From Marine Group II euryarchaeote MED-G33 (GTDB lineage: Archaea > Thermoplasmatota > Poseidoniia > Poseidoniales > Thalassarchaeaceae), in NCBI GenBank assembly GCA_949538655.1, contig CATISE010000078.1, positions 1 through 34,400 on the forward strand: a DNA stretch of 34,400 nt. The letters are read 5' to 3'. Below the pieces are notes generated by a model. It was not told where the DNA came from. It saw only the letters and a list, made by a program, of their open reading frames with translations, and searched no databases. A program made the position numbers and the translations under genes. Below are positions 7,297 to 18,350 of this stretch, one piece after another. Each line of letters opens with the position of its first letter. Positions within the stretch are counted from its first letter, which is position 1.

Positions 7297-10074
7297 TCAC
7301 TCTTCCCCATCGTCAACTTGTTCTTGTTGTGCGGCTTCGAATTCTTCGCGATCAATGACCCCATCTTGATTGGTGTCCATCGAATCAAAATCATCCTCCT
7401 CGTCAATCAATTCAGAGGGTAATCGTGCTGTGAAAATAATCTCATCAACAAATCCGTCTTTGTCTTTGTTTCTTAGTTCCATGACTCTAGTTCCCTTGGT
7501 TGCCTTTCCTGTTGTTTCCTTTGTTTGGTCGGCCCGAACTCGAATCATCATACCTTTTCCAGTCAAGATGAAGAGTTGGTCCCCTAAGTCCGGAATGGTG
7601 TGAACACGTACAATTTCATCATCATCGCCAAGTTTCATGGTTGCTACTCCGCCTGCGCCACGGTTCGTCTTTCGATATCCATCTCTCTCTTGTTTGGTTT
7701 CACCGGTTTTCAAGTCGATGACCGGTTCGCCATCTTCGCCGATAATCGGGTGCATTTCACCATCGCCAAGACGGCTACGTTTGGCCATTCCATATTTAGA
7801 GAGGGTAAGGACTTGTGTTTCCTCATTTGAAGTGGCAATCATGCCGACAACAGCATCATTTTCTTTGAGGTTCATACCACGCACACCAGCTGTCACTCTA
7901 CCTTGGACCTTGACCGTAAATCCAGTAGATCCATCTGGTAATTGCTTTGTTTGACTTGGCTTGAACCTACATGCTCGTCCATTCTTTGAGACGAGTACAA
8001 CATGGTCATCATCTGTTGCTTCACGAACAGCAACCAGTGTATCGGTTTCAGTCTTGAATTTCAGAGCAAATTTACCATTCCGATTGATTCGTGTATAATC
8101 TTCCAGTTTTGATCTCTTTACAACGCCTTCATGTGTTGCGAAAATTAGGTAGTGCCCTTCTGGATTCTCTTGTAATTCTTTAGAAATAGGCAGTATTGTA
8201 ACTACACTTTCATCTTCGCGCAATCTCTCAATCAGGTTTCTGATGTGACTTCCTCGGCTGTGGCGACTCCCTTGCGGAGTCTCCCATGCCTTGAGCCCAT
8301 AGACGCGCCCCTGGTCAGTGAAAATGAGTAACCGATCTTTGCTGAAGCAAGTCAGAATTGATTTTGGGAAATCCTCATCTTTTGTGGTAACGCCCTTCAG
8401 CCCCTTGCCGCCGCGATTCTGAACCCGGAATGCTTCAGCAGGAAGATGTCTGATGTAATTGTCTTCGGATAGAGAGATGACAATAGCTCGCTCTTCGACC
8501 AGGTCTTCTCTGTCCATTGAGAGTGGCATTGGGTCAATGTCAGTACGACGCTCATCGCCGTGTTTTTCGACCATTTCATCTAATTCATTCAACAGAATTT
8601 CCAATTGTCGGCTACGGCTCCCCAGAATTGAATTGTATTCTGTGATGTCAATTTTCAATTCGTTGAATTCATCGTCTACTTTCTGAGTATCCATCTTTGA
8701 GAGTTGATACAGACGACGTTCAGCGATGGCCTTCGCTTGTGGTTCTGAGAAGTCAAAGGCTGAGAGTTTGCCAAATGTGACTTCACCACGAAGAATTTGT
8801 TCAAAGTGGTCACGACTATCCGCACCTTTACCGGCAGCCACAATATCATCAATTCGGGCTTGTGCCTTGACCAATCCTTCTAGCACGTGAGCACGAGCTT
8901 CTGCCTTGGCAAGATCGAATTGAGTTCGTCTGCGAATAACTTCTTCTCGGTGTCGAACGTAAGCGTGTAAGATTACGGGCAGGGTCAACTGCACGGGCTC
9001 TCGATTGATGATTCCCATCATGTTGGCCGAATATGATTCTTGCAATCGACTGGAACGGTATAATTGATTCAGAACAGCATGAGGGTCTGCATTCTGTTTG
9101 ATTTCAATCACCACACGAATCCCTTCCTTGCTGGATTCATCTCGAATATCTCGGATTCCTTTGACGGTTTCTTTACTCACAAGTTCGGCTATTGCTTCCA
9201 GCATTGCTGCTTTCTTGACCTGGTATGGGATTTCGGTGACGACAATACGCTTTCCGTTACCATCATCATGGACTTCACATTGTGAACGGATGTGGAACCG
9301 TCCATGGCCGGTTTCATACATGTCTCGAATGCCATCTATGCCATGTATTGTCGCACCAGTGGGGAAATCGGGGCCCTTTAGGTGTTGCATATATTCTCCA
9401 ATATCGATAGTGGGGGGCGTTTCAGGATCGCCATTTTCATCACCTTCTTCCATTATCCGTCCCACGTGTAGGTGGACAGCAGAAGCAACCTCTGGGAGGT
9501 TATGTGGGGGTATTTTTGTCGCCATTCCAACCGCGATACCGTCGCTTCCGTTGAGGAGGAGGTTGGGTAGCCTGGCTGGGAGTACTTCTGGTTCCTGTTC
9601 GGAGTCATCAAAATTCGGTTGGAAATTGACAGTATCTTTTTTGATATCTTCAAGCATATGCTTGGACAATCGATCAAGTCGACTTTCTGTATATCGCATT
9701 GCGGCAGGGGGGTCGCCGTCAATACTACCGAAATTGCCTTGACCATCTACAAGTGGATAGCGAAGACTGAAATCTTGTGCCATTCGAACCATTGTGTCAT
9801 AGATTGACTGGTCGCCATGAGGGTGATATTTACCCATCACTTCACCAACGGAGCGTGCTGATTTCGAATAGGAGCGGTCAGATGTATGTCCTGCTTCGTG
9901 CATCCCGTAGAGGACACGCCGATGAACAGGTTTCAATCCATCTCGAACCTCTGGTAATGCACGTCCGATGATGACAGACATTGCATAATTGATGTACGAT
10001 ATACGCATTTCATCATCGACAGTATGTCGAACTTGGTTATCGGTTGGGTTTGCTGGTAATTCATCATCACTCAT
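7297..10074 (-). CDS. gyrA: DNA gyrase subunit A
   Basis: [23 protein letters not shown], catalytic AAMRYTE, GyrA-box QNRGGKG, beta-pinwheel CTD repeats. RBS GAGGTGA (10079-10085) overlaps the gyrB stop. Confidence 0.98.
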   Translation of the reverse strand: MSDDELPANPTDNQVRHTVDDEMRISYINYAMSVIIGRALPEVRDGLKPVHRRVLYGMHEAGHTSDRSYSKSARSVGEVMGKYHPHGDQSIYDTMVRMAQDFSLRYPLVDGQGNFGSIDGDPPAAMRYTESRLDRLSKHMLEDIKKDTVNFQPNFDDSEQEPEVLPARLPNLLLNGSDGIAVGMATKIPPHNLPEVASAVHLHVGRIMEEGDENGDPETPPTIDIGEYMQHLKGPDFPTGATIHGIDGIRDMYETGHGRFHIRSQCEVHDDGNGKRIVVTEIPYQVKKAAMLEAIAELVSKETVKGIRDIRDESSKEGIRVVIEIKQNADPHAVLNQLYRSSRLQESYSANMMGIINREPVQLTLPVILHAYVRHREEVIRRRTQFDLAKAEARAHVLEGLVKAQARIDDIVAAGKGADSRDHFEQILRGEVTFGKLSAFDFSEPQAKAIAERRLYQLSKMDTQKVDDEFNELKIDITEYNSILGSRSRQLEILLNELDEMVEKHGDERRTDIDPMPLSMDREDLVEERAIVISLSEDNYIRHLPAEAFRVQNRGGKGLKGVTTKDEDFPKSILTCFSKDRLLIFTDQGRVYGLKAWETPQGSRHSRGSHIRNLIERLREDESVVTILPISKELQENPEGHYLIFATHEGVVKRSKLEDYTRINRNGKFALKFKTETDTLVAVREATDDDHVVLVSKNGRACRFKPSQTKQLPDGSTGFTVKVQGRVTAGVRGMNLKENDAVVGMIATSNEETQVLTLSKYGMAKRSRLGDGEMHPIIGEDGEPVIDLKTGETKQERDGYRKTNRGAGGVATMKLGDDDEIVRVHTIPDLGDQLFILTGKGMMIRVRADQTKETTGKATKGTRVMELRNKDKDGFVDEIIFTARLPSELIDEEDDFDSMDTNQDGVIDREEFEAAQQEQVDDGEE

Positions 10075-10083
10075 TCTATCACC

Positions 10084-12087
<2,004 letters not shown>

Positions 12088-12102
12088 TTATTTTTTAATG
12101 TC

Positions 12103-12127
12103 TGAGGACCCCCTATGGGGGTCCTCA
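12103..12127. promoter_or_regulatory. Perfect 11-bp inverted repeat upstream of gyrB
   Basis: TGAGGACCCCC-TAT-GGGGGTCCTCA, 27 nt from the gyrB ATG. The sequence is certain; the function is not. Confidence 0.6.
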
Positions 12128-12334
12128 TTGGATGTTCATAGGTTGTCTGTCGGGGTTATTGAATGATTCGCTAAAAAAGCCTGAAAAGCACCATTTTACG
12201 CACCCTTGGGAGAACCCAAAAATGTACACGTTCGGGCCATAAATAGGCGAAGAAACACGGTGTCAAAAATCACACAATCAGGTGCACGAATCTAGCGCAA
12301 TACGATTAAACAGGGAGTGCGGGTCCCCGGCTCG

Positions 12335-13132
12335 ATGACTGAGACCGAAATCTGCGTATCTTTGCGTGGCCACAGTGTGGGCGACATGATTCGTGATGCC
12401 AGCCGGGCGACAGCAGCTGGTGCGGATTTGGTCGAAGTTCGCTTCGATAATTTGTATGTCAATCGGATTGAAGTCGACCCCATCGTAACCAAGGGTTCAG
12501 ATGGTGAAGAAACCATCGAAAAGCAACCACCTATTATGGAAAATCGTCCCATTGAAGAAGTCGATGTGGAATCGTCGATTCAAACCCTTAAAGATGGCAT
12601 TCAGATTCCTGTGATTTTCACATGCCGATCTACTGGTGAAGGTGGCTACTTCCATGGTGAAGAAAAGACACGGATTTCGATTTTGAATACAGCGATTGAG
12701 AGTGGTGTGAGCTGGATTGATCTTGAGATTTCAATCGATACGAAATCTCGTAAGGCTCTGGTTGAGGCTTGTAGTGATTCGACATCGATTATCGCCTCTA
12801 ACCATTCTATGGCTGCCAATTCGTCTGAAGAAATTATTGATTTTGTCAAGGAAAATGCGGATGCTGGTTCAATCATTAAGTGCTGTTATCGGGGTGTTGA
12901 ACACGCGCACAGTTTGCATATCTTTGAGGCGGCATACAGCCTCTCTGGTGGCGATACACGCGTCGCTCTCATGGGTCTGGGGCCTGGTGGGGACTGGACT
13001 CGAATACACGCACCTCTCCTCAAACAAGCATTGGTTTACACCACGCTTGACAGGGATTATGCTTTGGTCAAGCGAGGCCAAGTCAATATCAACGACTTGC
13101 GAACGGCTTGGGGCGTCCTAGAATACGAGTGA
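12335..13132 (+). CDS. aroD: Type I 3-dehydroquinate dehydratase
   Basis: ADLVEVRFD, PVIFTCRSTGEGG, WIDLE, IIASNH (catalytic His), IIKCC (Schiff-base Lys), MGLGPGGDWTR, RGQV. ATG 12335 preferred, with TATA-like ATTAAA at 12305-12310. Confidence 0.88.
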   Translation: MTETEICVSLRGHSVGDMIRDASRATAAGADLVEVRFDNLYVNRIEVDPIVTKGSDGEETIEKQPPIMENRPIEEVDVESSIQTLKDGIQIPVIFTCRSTGEGGYFHGEEKTRISILNTAIESGVSWIDLEISIDTKSRKALVEACSDSTSIIASNHSMAANSSEEIIDFVKENADAGSIIKCCYRGVEHAHSLHIFEAAYSLSGGDTRVALMGLGPGGDWTRIHAPLLKQALVYTTLDRDYALVKRGQVNINDLRTAWGVLEYE

Positions 13133-14101
13133 TTACCCTTGAGGGGGTGCAGGTTGTACTGGGGTTGGGTTCTCCCTCTCAGGTGCTGTATCGAGGTGTG
13201 GCATCAAATCCCCACCTCCGGACTCGACTACATCCAATCCAGCCTTCATGTAACGATGGTGTACGAGGAACGGGGCTGCAAGAATCCCGATTAATCCCCC
13301 ACAACAGACCATGGACACAGTCCAGTTTGGAAGGGAGAATCTCTCTTCGACTTGTATGGTTAAATCAACACTAAAATTCGATTCTTGTGATTTGGAATCG
13401 TAATCTCGAATGTTGTCCCATGATTCAATCATCAGGAACATCGGGTCGGCACCTACTGCATCTGTCTCCCAAATCGAATAACTTCGCTCTTCATGATCTA
13501 GTGCAACGGCAAAATCGACTTGACTTAATTTCTCATAAGAATGGACGTCTCTGAATGGGTGCCAAAGTATTAGATTTTGCAGCCAGGGTGAAGAATGCGC
13601 AATATCATCCCGCATTCCACCCCATTCATTGTGCCTCGAATTATAATCCCATTCATACCGTTCATAATCATCTTCTTGCATCAAATATACATCTGCAATT
13701 GGATCTTGATCAAATTCTGTGAGTGGCTGTAGGTTAACTGAAACCGTGTATTTCCAGCCAGTTGTGAGGTGCATTCGTAAGCCCACCGCAGTATCGTTGT
13801 AGAGCACAAATGACGTACTGAATGTAGTGCGGAGGGGACATAAATCTTGGACCATGTATTCAGGTCCTGTATTGTCTCCAAAACCCCAGTCATCATCTTC
13901 ACCGTAATCGCCTACTGAGGTCATATTGAATTGTTCAATCGACCACTCGTCGATGGGCATTCCAACTTGGCAAGTAGGCGCTTGTTGAGCTGATGCCTCT
14001 GGTGCAATTTGAATTCCAGTTTCGTATGAAATTGCTGTGAGTAAAGGTAGGAGTAGCATTGCGACAGCAACGGTGGAACTAACCCGCCTAACACCCGTCA
14101 C
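13133..14101 (-). CDS. Hypothetical secreted protein with a C-terminal TM anchor
   Basis: N-terminal hydrophobic signal, acidic beta-rich body, TM VSMVCCGGLIGILAAPFLV and Pro-rich tail. GGTGA RBS overlaps the upstream stop (14106-14110), so it is probably co-transcribed with the peptidase. Confidence 0.75.
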   Translation of the reverse strand: MTGVRRVSSTVAVAMLLLPLLTAISYETGIQIAPEASAQQAPTCQVGMPIDEWSIEQFNMTSVGDYGEDDDWGFGDNTGPEYMVQDLCPLRTTFSTSFVLYNDTAVGLRMHLTTGWKYTVSVNLQPLTEFDQDPIADVYLMQEDDYERYEWDYNSRHNEWGGMRDDIAHSSPWLQNLILWHPFRDVHSYEKLSQVDFAVALDHEERSYSIWETDAVGADPMFLMIESWDNIRDYDSKSQESNFSVDLTIQVEERFSLPNWTVSMVCCGGLIGILAAPFLVHHRYMKAGLDVVESGGGDLMPHLDTAPERENPTPVQPAPPQG

Positions 14102-14105
14102 AACA

Positions 14106-17100
14106 TCACCGCCGGCGCCTACTGGTCACAGGCCGCACATAACCTGAATCCTTGCTGCGCCGGTCATCCTTCGTCAAATGACCTGGTTTGGGTGGCGGGG
14201 CGTGTTGATCCATGCCCAAAATTCCACCTTCGGTGTGAACTTCTGTAACGTCGTAGGTGCTGGCTGCTTGCTCGGCTTCGACTTCAATTTCTTCAGGTTC
14301 TCGCATGACCAACCAACCGAGGGTAAGGACCAGTGCGATTAGAATGATGATGTACAAACTTCCAGAATCTGATGACGGCAGCAAATCTTTCCATGACAGA
14401 TCGCCCAATGCTTCGTCTTCTGAATCGGGATCTCGAACGATGAGGTCATAGGTTTCAATCACACAGACATCGGTATCGTCACAGACCTTCAATCGGATGA
14501 CATATTCACCCGATTCATTCCACTGTGCATCGTTTCCACGGCCTTCACGGACATTTGGATTCGTGACCCAATCGTCATTGAAATTACCGTTTTCATCCTC
14601 ATCAACACTGTCGTCAACATCCCACCAGTAGGTGAGGATACTGTTGAGTAGTGTATCTTGATCGTTATCAGAAATTCCATCATTGTCACTGTCGATCATC
14701 GCATCTTCGTCACGCCAAGCAAGCATTCCAGAATCCATATCCGAATCGATTGCATAGGCTTCGATGATGTTCAAATTTTCACTGTATGTGGTCCCATCAC
14801 CAATGACATGGTCGGAGAGGATGGATGGGGCGCTTGAGACCCAGATTCCAATCGTTGTTGAATTGCTATCTCCTGTGCCATAACCATCTCGAACGGTTAG
14901 GGTCACCGTGTAGTATCCCGGTTGCTCGAAAACATGCCATGCATCGTTTACATGCGATGGTGGGGATGCATCTCCCCAATTCCATGTGGTGTCGACAATA
15001 CCATTCCAGTCAGGAGCATTTTGGTCAGGGTTTAGCATTCCATCGTAGGCAACATCCATGTCTCTCGAACCGTCCGATGAGAATCGCAAAGCAGTCCCCG
15101 GTGCGACGAAAATATCACCTGAATCGGTAAACGTCCGTCGCCATGTGTAGACTGAAAAATCGGACCCGGGCACTGTGACAATCATCTCATTGAGCCAAGC
15201 CTCATGGACAGAAAGAACTGGCATTGGGAGTGGGTTTGCGATATGGATGGTGTAACTCTTTGGCAAGGAATCTAATCCTCTTTCATCGGTGACCACCAAT
15301 GTGACAGTGTAAACGCCAGGTTCAGTGAACACATGGTTGACCTGATTGTTGGGTGGAATCGCATCTTCAATCCCAGAAATGGTCCAGTTGTGAGTCATAT
15401 TCCCTGTGTTTCCATCCGGGTCAAATGATGAGGATAGGAACGAGTACATCGTGTTGGTCGTACCATCATTGGGGCGCGGGAAAATAGCCACAGGTCGTTG
15501 GTTCAACACCTCGACACGTAGCACGGTCCAACTCGTGTTTCCAGAATCATCTGTTGCGTAAATCGTGACATTCTTCCAGCCAGGGGTTTGCCAAGCAGGA
15601 GTGGGGTTGGCCTCCATAGTTTGGTTGTTCAAAAACGGTGAAGACATTGTGACAATACCACCATCAAAGTTGACGTGTTCATCGAACGACCATTGCGTGG
15701 TGACGATTGTTCCATCGTCGTCAGTAAATACGGTTGGCAGGTGTAGAGGTGTCAATGTCGATGTCTGCAAATCTTCGAACCAAACTTGCCGCGGGACTCG
15801 ATTCATCACCAAGATTGTGACAGACATGTTGGAAATGTGTGTTCCATCACCGACTTGGAGTGTCAAATTGTAAGGCGTTCCATTTGAAGAACCAACAGCC
15901 CATTCGTGAGATACTTCATAGAGACCTTGGCCACTGAGGATGGTTCCATCGCCAAAATTCCAAATAAAGTTCAATTGGTTCAGTGGTACATTGTCTTCAC
16001 TTCTCGCTGCAGAGAATTGCACTCTTTGGGATGTGAGGAGTGTGTAAGGGTCTGAAATTGAAGCTGGTGGCGAACCAACATCGATTCGAGGTGTTGGGGG
16101 TTCAGTGTCGTTGACACTGATTTGCCATGCCTGTATATCGCTAACACTACCGCCTTGATCGACAACGGTCAGTGTGACATTGTACATTCCGGGGTTTTGC
16201 CAAGAACGCATTGGGTCCTTCAAGCCAGAACCAGACAACCCATCGCCGAAATTCCAGTTGTAACCAACCGGGGTTTCGTTGTGTGAAAATGACTCATTGG
16301 TTAGCCCCAATCCCCAGAGATCGTAGCCCGCTCCGAAGAACTGTAAGGGCATCCAGGTCTGAGTTGCATTGGCAGCAGCACCACCTACGGCCACAGGTGC
16401 CATATTTTCCAAAGTTAGGGGTAGAGTGAGTGCTTCATCGACAATTTCACCGATTTGGTTTCGCATTGTGAAATGTAGTGTCCAATCACCATCCCATGGT
16501 GGTGTATACCAGATTGTTCGGTTGGTGAAACCGATCGGGATGGTATTGCCTGCCTCAAGTGAGAATTCAAGGGCGTCATGGAGGGTATTGTTTTCGTATG
16601 CCTTGACCTCAATGTCTAGAACTTCGTAAAACGCTGATGAGGTTACGTCAACAGTTGCTTCGACTGTATCGATTCCACCGTCTTCATCACGATCTGCTGT
16701 AATTTCCTGTGTAACGGTGATTTCAGCAGGCTGACTGATGATTCCAGCAGTTACATCGAAGGTGGCGATAGGGTATTCGCTCCCACCGGGGAATGCACAA
16801 TTTGGACTGGTGTAATCACAATCATCCACGCCACTTTCGTACCAAACGATGAGGTAAACATCATCGGTGACATTTCCAAAGCTGGGAATCAATGCTGTTC
16901 CGATTCCTGTAAATTCATCAAATCGCAATTGGTCCATCGACCAAGTCCCAGTTACTGCATCATGGGTCATCACCGTGGCTGCAAAACCCAACTCACTGGG
17001 CTGAATCATGATGTTCAAAGGTGCCCCCGTTCCATCCAAAAATCTGAATGCATGCACGCCCCAACCTTCGATATCCTGTGTTCCACTTTGCCACATTCCA

Positions 17101-18266
17101 CCCCAATTGAGATTGGAACCTGAGAGTTGAATCCTACAAAATTGGTTGGCACCACAGGTTTCGTACATATCGATATTATCGAGCCCAAATTCTGCTTGAG
17201 ACGCGTGGTCAAGGGTTACGGATGCGGTAAAGTTGGCATAAATGTCACTCATTGTGGTCCCAATTGGCGTTCCTGTCGGTCCGAGTGTTTGAGCCAAATC
17301 GATGATTCCTTGGCCACCTGTTAGGGTGTCAGCGACCAATTGTCGAATGGCTGATCCACCACCCAGGTTGTCTGCAAGGAAGAGCATGAACATGAATCCG
17401 CCACCGTAATCTCCGAGACGCTGGTTCCACCATCGGACGGATGCGCTGGCATTCTGTGTCCAAGCATTGGCGTGCCCGATGACCGCATTGGATGCTCCAA
17501 AGCAGAGGAAAGCGGCCATGTCTGCATTTCCTTCATCAATCCAGATGTATTCAAATGGGTCTCGAGCATTGTGGAGGAGGTGCTGGAATTCGTGAGAAAG
17601 AATGGTATTTCTCCATGACAAATCATCGATGTCAACGTACATCACTTCACGAGTTGATGACATGCTGGGCATGAAATAACCACCAATGTTTGCGCCCCCA
17701 TCAATGGCATAGATGACAATCTCAATCTGACAATTGTTATCGACGTCAGGAGCGTTTCCGAAGTAGTTTGTATTGGTGGGGAAAATTGTGGTTTCCCAAG
17801 TTGAGCCAATATTGTTCAGGGTAGTCGATGAAACCGATTGACCATTCTCGATTAGAATCACAGAATTGGCCGTTACATGCATTGCAGAAACCTGAATTTG
17901 GCCACCGGTGGTCTGCACCGTCCCGGTTTGTCCTGTCGTCCAAGCATTCTCACAGGCTCTCGCTGCGGTTCGTGCGCTGGTAGTCGTTTCTTCAAACGGT
18001 GAAACAAGTCCTGGGTATCCTTCATCCACCCATTGTTGCTTGAGATGGCGGGTGGCACTGAAGATGAGTTCGTCTTCTCCACCAGCGAAAAGATAGGGTT
18101 TGCCATTGGTCGTCGGATCGAATTCATCAAGGGTGTAGAACAACCCTGCATTCATGTTTGAATCTTGTTCAGAATCGCCTTCATCAGCCGTAGCCAGGGG
18201 CACCCAAGATGCCAGAATCATCAGAGAAACCAAGAACAGACTTTGAGAGCGGTTGTTTGTCGACAT
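14106..18266 (-). CDS. Membrane-anchored extracellular zinc metallopeptidase (gluzincin, M30/hyicolysin-like) with about six PKD-type domains
   Basis: Signal peptide MSTNNRSQSLFLVSLMILASWVPLATA. HEFQH (17580-17594) followed by WIDEGNA. Repeated WNFGDG / PGxYxVTLTVxD PKD motifs, DxDxDG Ca-binding-like motifs, TM YIIILIALVLTLGWLVM. ATG 18266 follows RBS GAGGTGA (18271-18277). Confidence 0.85.
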   Translation of the reverse strand: MSTNNRSQSLFLVSLMILASWVPLATADEGDSEQDSNMNAGLFYTLDEFDPTTNGKPYLFAGGEDELIFSATRHLKQQWVDEGYPGLVSPFEETTTSARTAARACENAWTTGQTGTVQTTGGQIQVSAMHVTANSVILIENGQSVSSTTLNNIGSTWETTIFPTNTNYFGNAPDVDNNCQIEIVIYAIDGGANIGGYFMPSMSSTREVMYVDIDDLSWRNTILSHEFQHLLHNARDPFEYIWIDEGNADMAAFLCFGASNAVIGHANAWTQNASASVRWWNQRLGDYGGGFMFMLFLADNLGGGSAIRQLVADTLTGGQGIIDLAQTLGPTGTPIGTTMSDIYANFTASVTLDHASQAEFGLDNIDMYETCGANQFCRIQLSGSNLNWGGMWQSGTQDIEGWGVHAFRFLDGTGAPLNIMIQPSELGFAATVMTHDAVTGTWSMDQLRFDEFTGIGTALIPSFGNVTDDVYLIVWYESGVDDCDYTSPNCAFPGGSEYPIATFDVTAGIISQPAEITVTQEITADRDEDGGIDTVEATVDVTSSAFYEVLDIEVKAYENNTLHDALEFSLEAGNTIPIGFTNRTIWYTPPWDGDWTLHFTMRNQIGEIVDEALTLPLTLENMAPVAVGGAAANATQTWMPLQFFGAGYDLWGLGLTNESFSHNETPVGYNWNFGDGLSGSGLKDPMRSWQNPGMYNVTLTVVDQGGSVSDIQAWQISVNDTEPPTPRIDVGSPPASISDPYTLLTSQRVQFSAARSEDNVPLNQLNFIWNFGDGTILSGQGLYEVSHEWAVGSSNGTPYNLTLQVGDGTHISNMSVTILVMNRVPRQVWFEDLQTSTLTPLHLPTVFTDDDGTIVTTQWSFDEHVNFDGGIVTMSSPFLNNQTMEANPTPAWQTPGWKNVTIYATDDSGNTSWTVLRVEVLNQRPVAIFPRPNDGTTNTMYSFLSSSFDPDGNTGNMTHNWTISGIEDAIPPNNQVNHVFTEPGVYTVTLVVTDERGLDSLPKSYTIHIANPLPMPVLSVHEAWLNEMIVTVPGSDFSVYTWRRTFTDSGDIFVAPGTALRFSSDGSRDMDVAYDGMLNPDQNAPDWNGIVDTTWNWGDASPPSHVNDAWHVFEQPGYYTVTLTVRDGYGTGDSNSTTIGIWVSSAPSILSDHVIGDGTTYSENLNIIEAYAIDSDMDSGMLAWRDEDAMIDSDNDGISDNDQDTLLNSILTYWWDVDDSVDEDENGNFNDDWVTNPNVREGRGNDAQWNESGEYVIRLKVCDDTDVCVIETYDLIVRDPDSEDEALGDLSWKDLLPSSDSGSLYIIILIALVLTLGWLVMREPEEIEVEAEQAASTYDVTEVHTEGGILGMDQHAPPPKPGHLTKDDRRSKDSGYVRPVTSRRRR

Positions 18267-18319
18267 TAAGTCACCTCGCAGGAACACTACGTGTTCCGCG
18301 TTGACTTGAACCGAGCAGG

Positions 18320-18326
18320 TATTTAA
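18320..18326. promoter_or_regulatory. Putative shared TATA box for the divergent peptidase and glutaminyl cyclase genes
   Basis: TATTTAA (+) / TTAAATA (-), 25-31 nt upstream of ATG 18351; the most TATA-like element in the spacer. Confidence 0.5.
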
Positions 18327-18350
18327 CACAAGGTGGAGCATTGTTCATAC

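Noticed and set aside
9098-9742. 214 aa antisense ORF, and similar ones such as 27703-28275, 28831-29286, 30553-31068 and 23699-24157
   Set aside because: They are shadow frames overlapping well-supported genes, with no recognisable motifs or translation signals.
14040-14101. Tat signal in MTGVRRVSS (and in MMRRGG at 3692), given the nearby tatA
   Set aside because: Neither fits the S/T-R-R-x-F-L-K consensus well enough to call.
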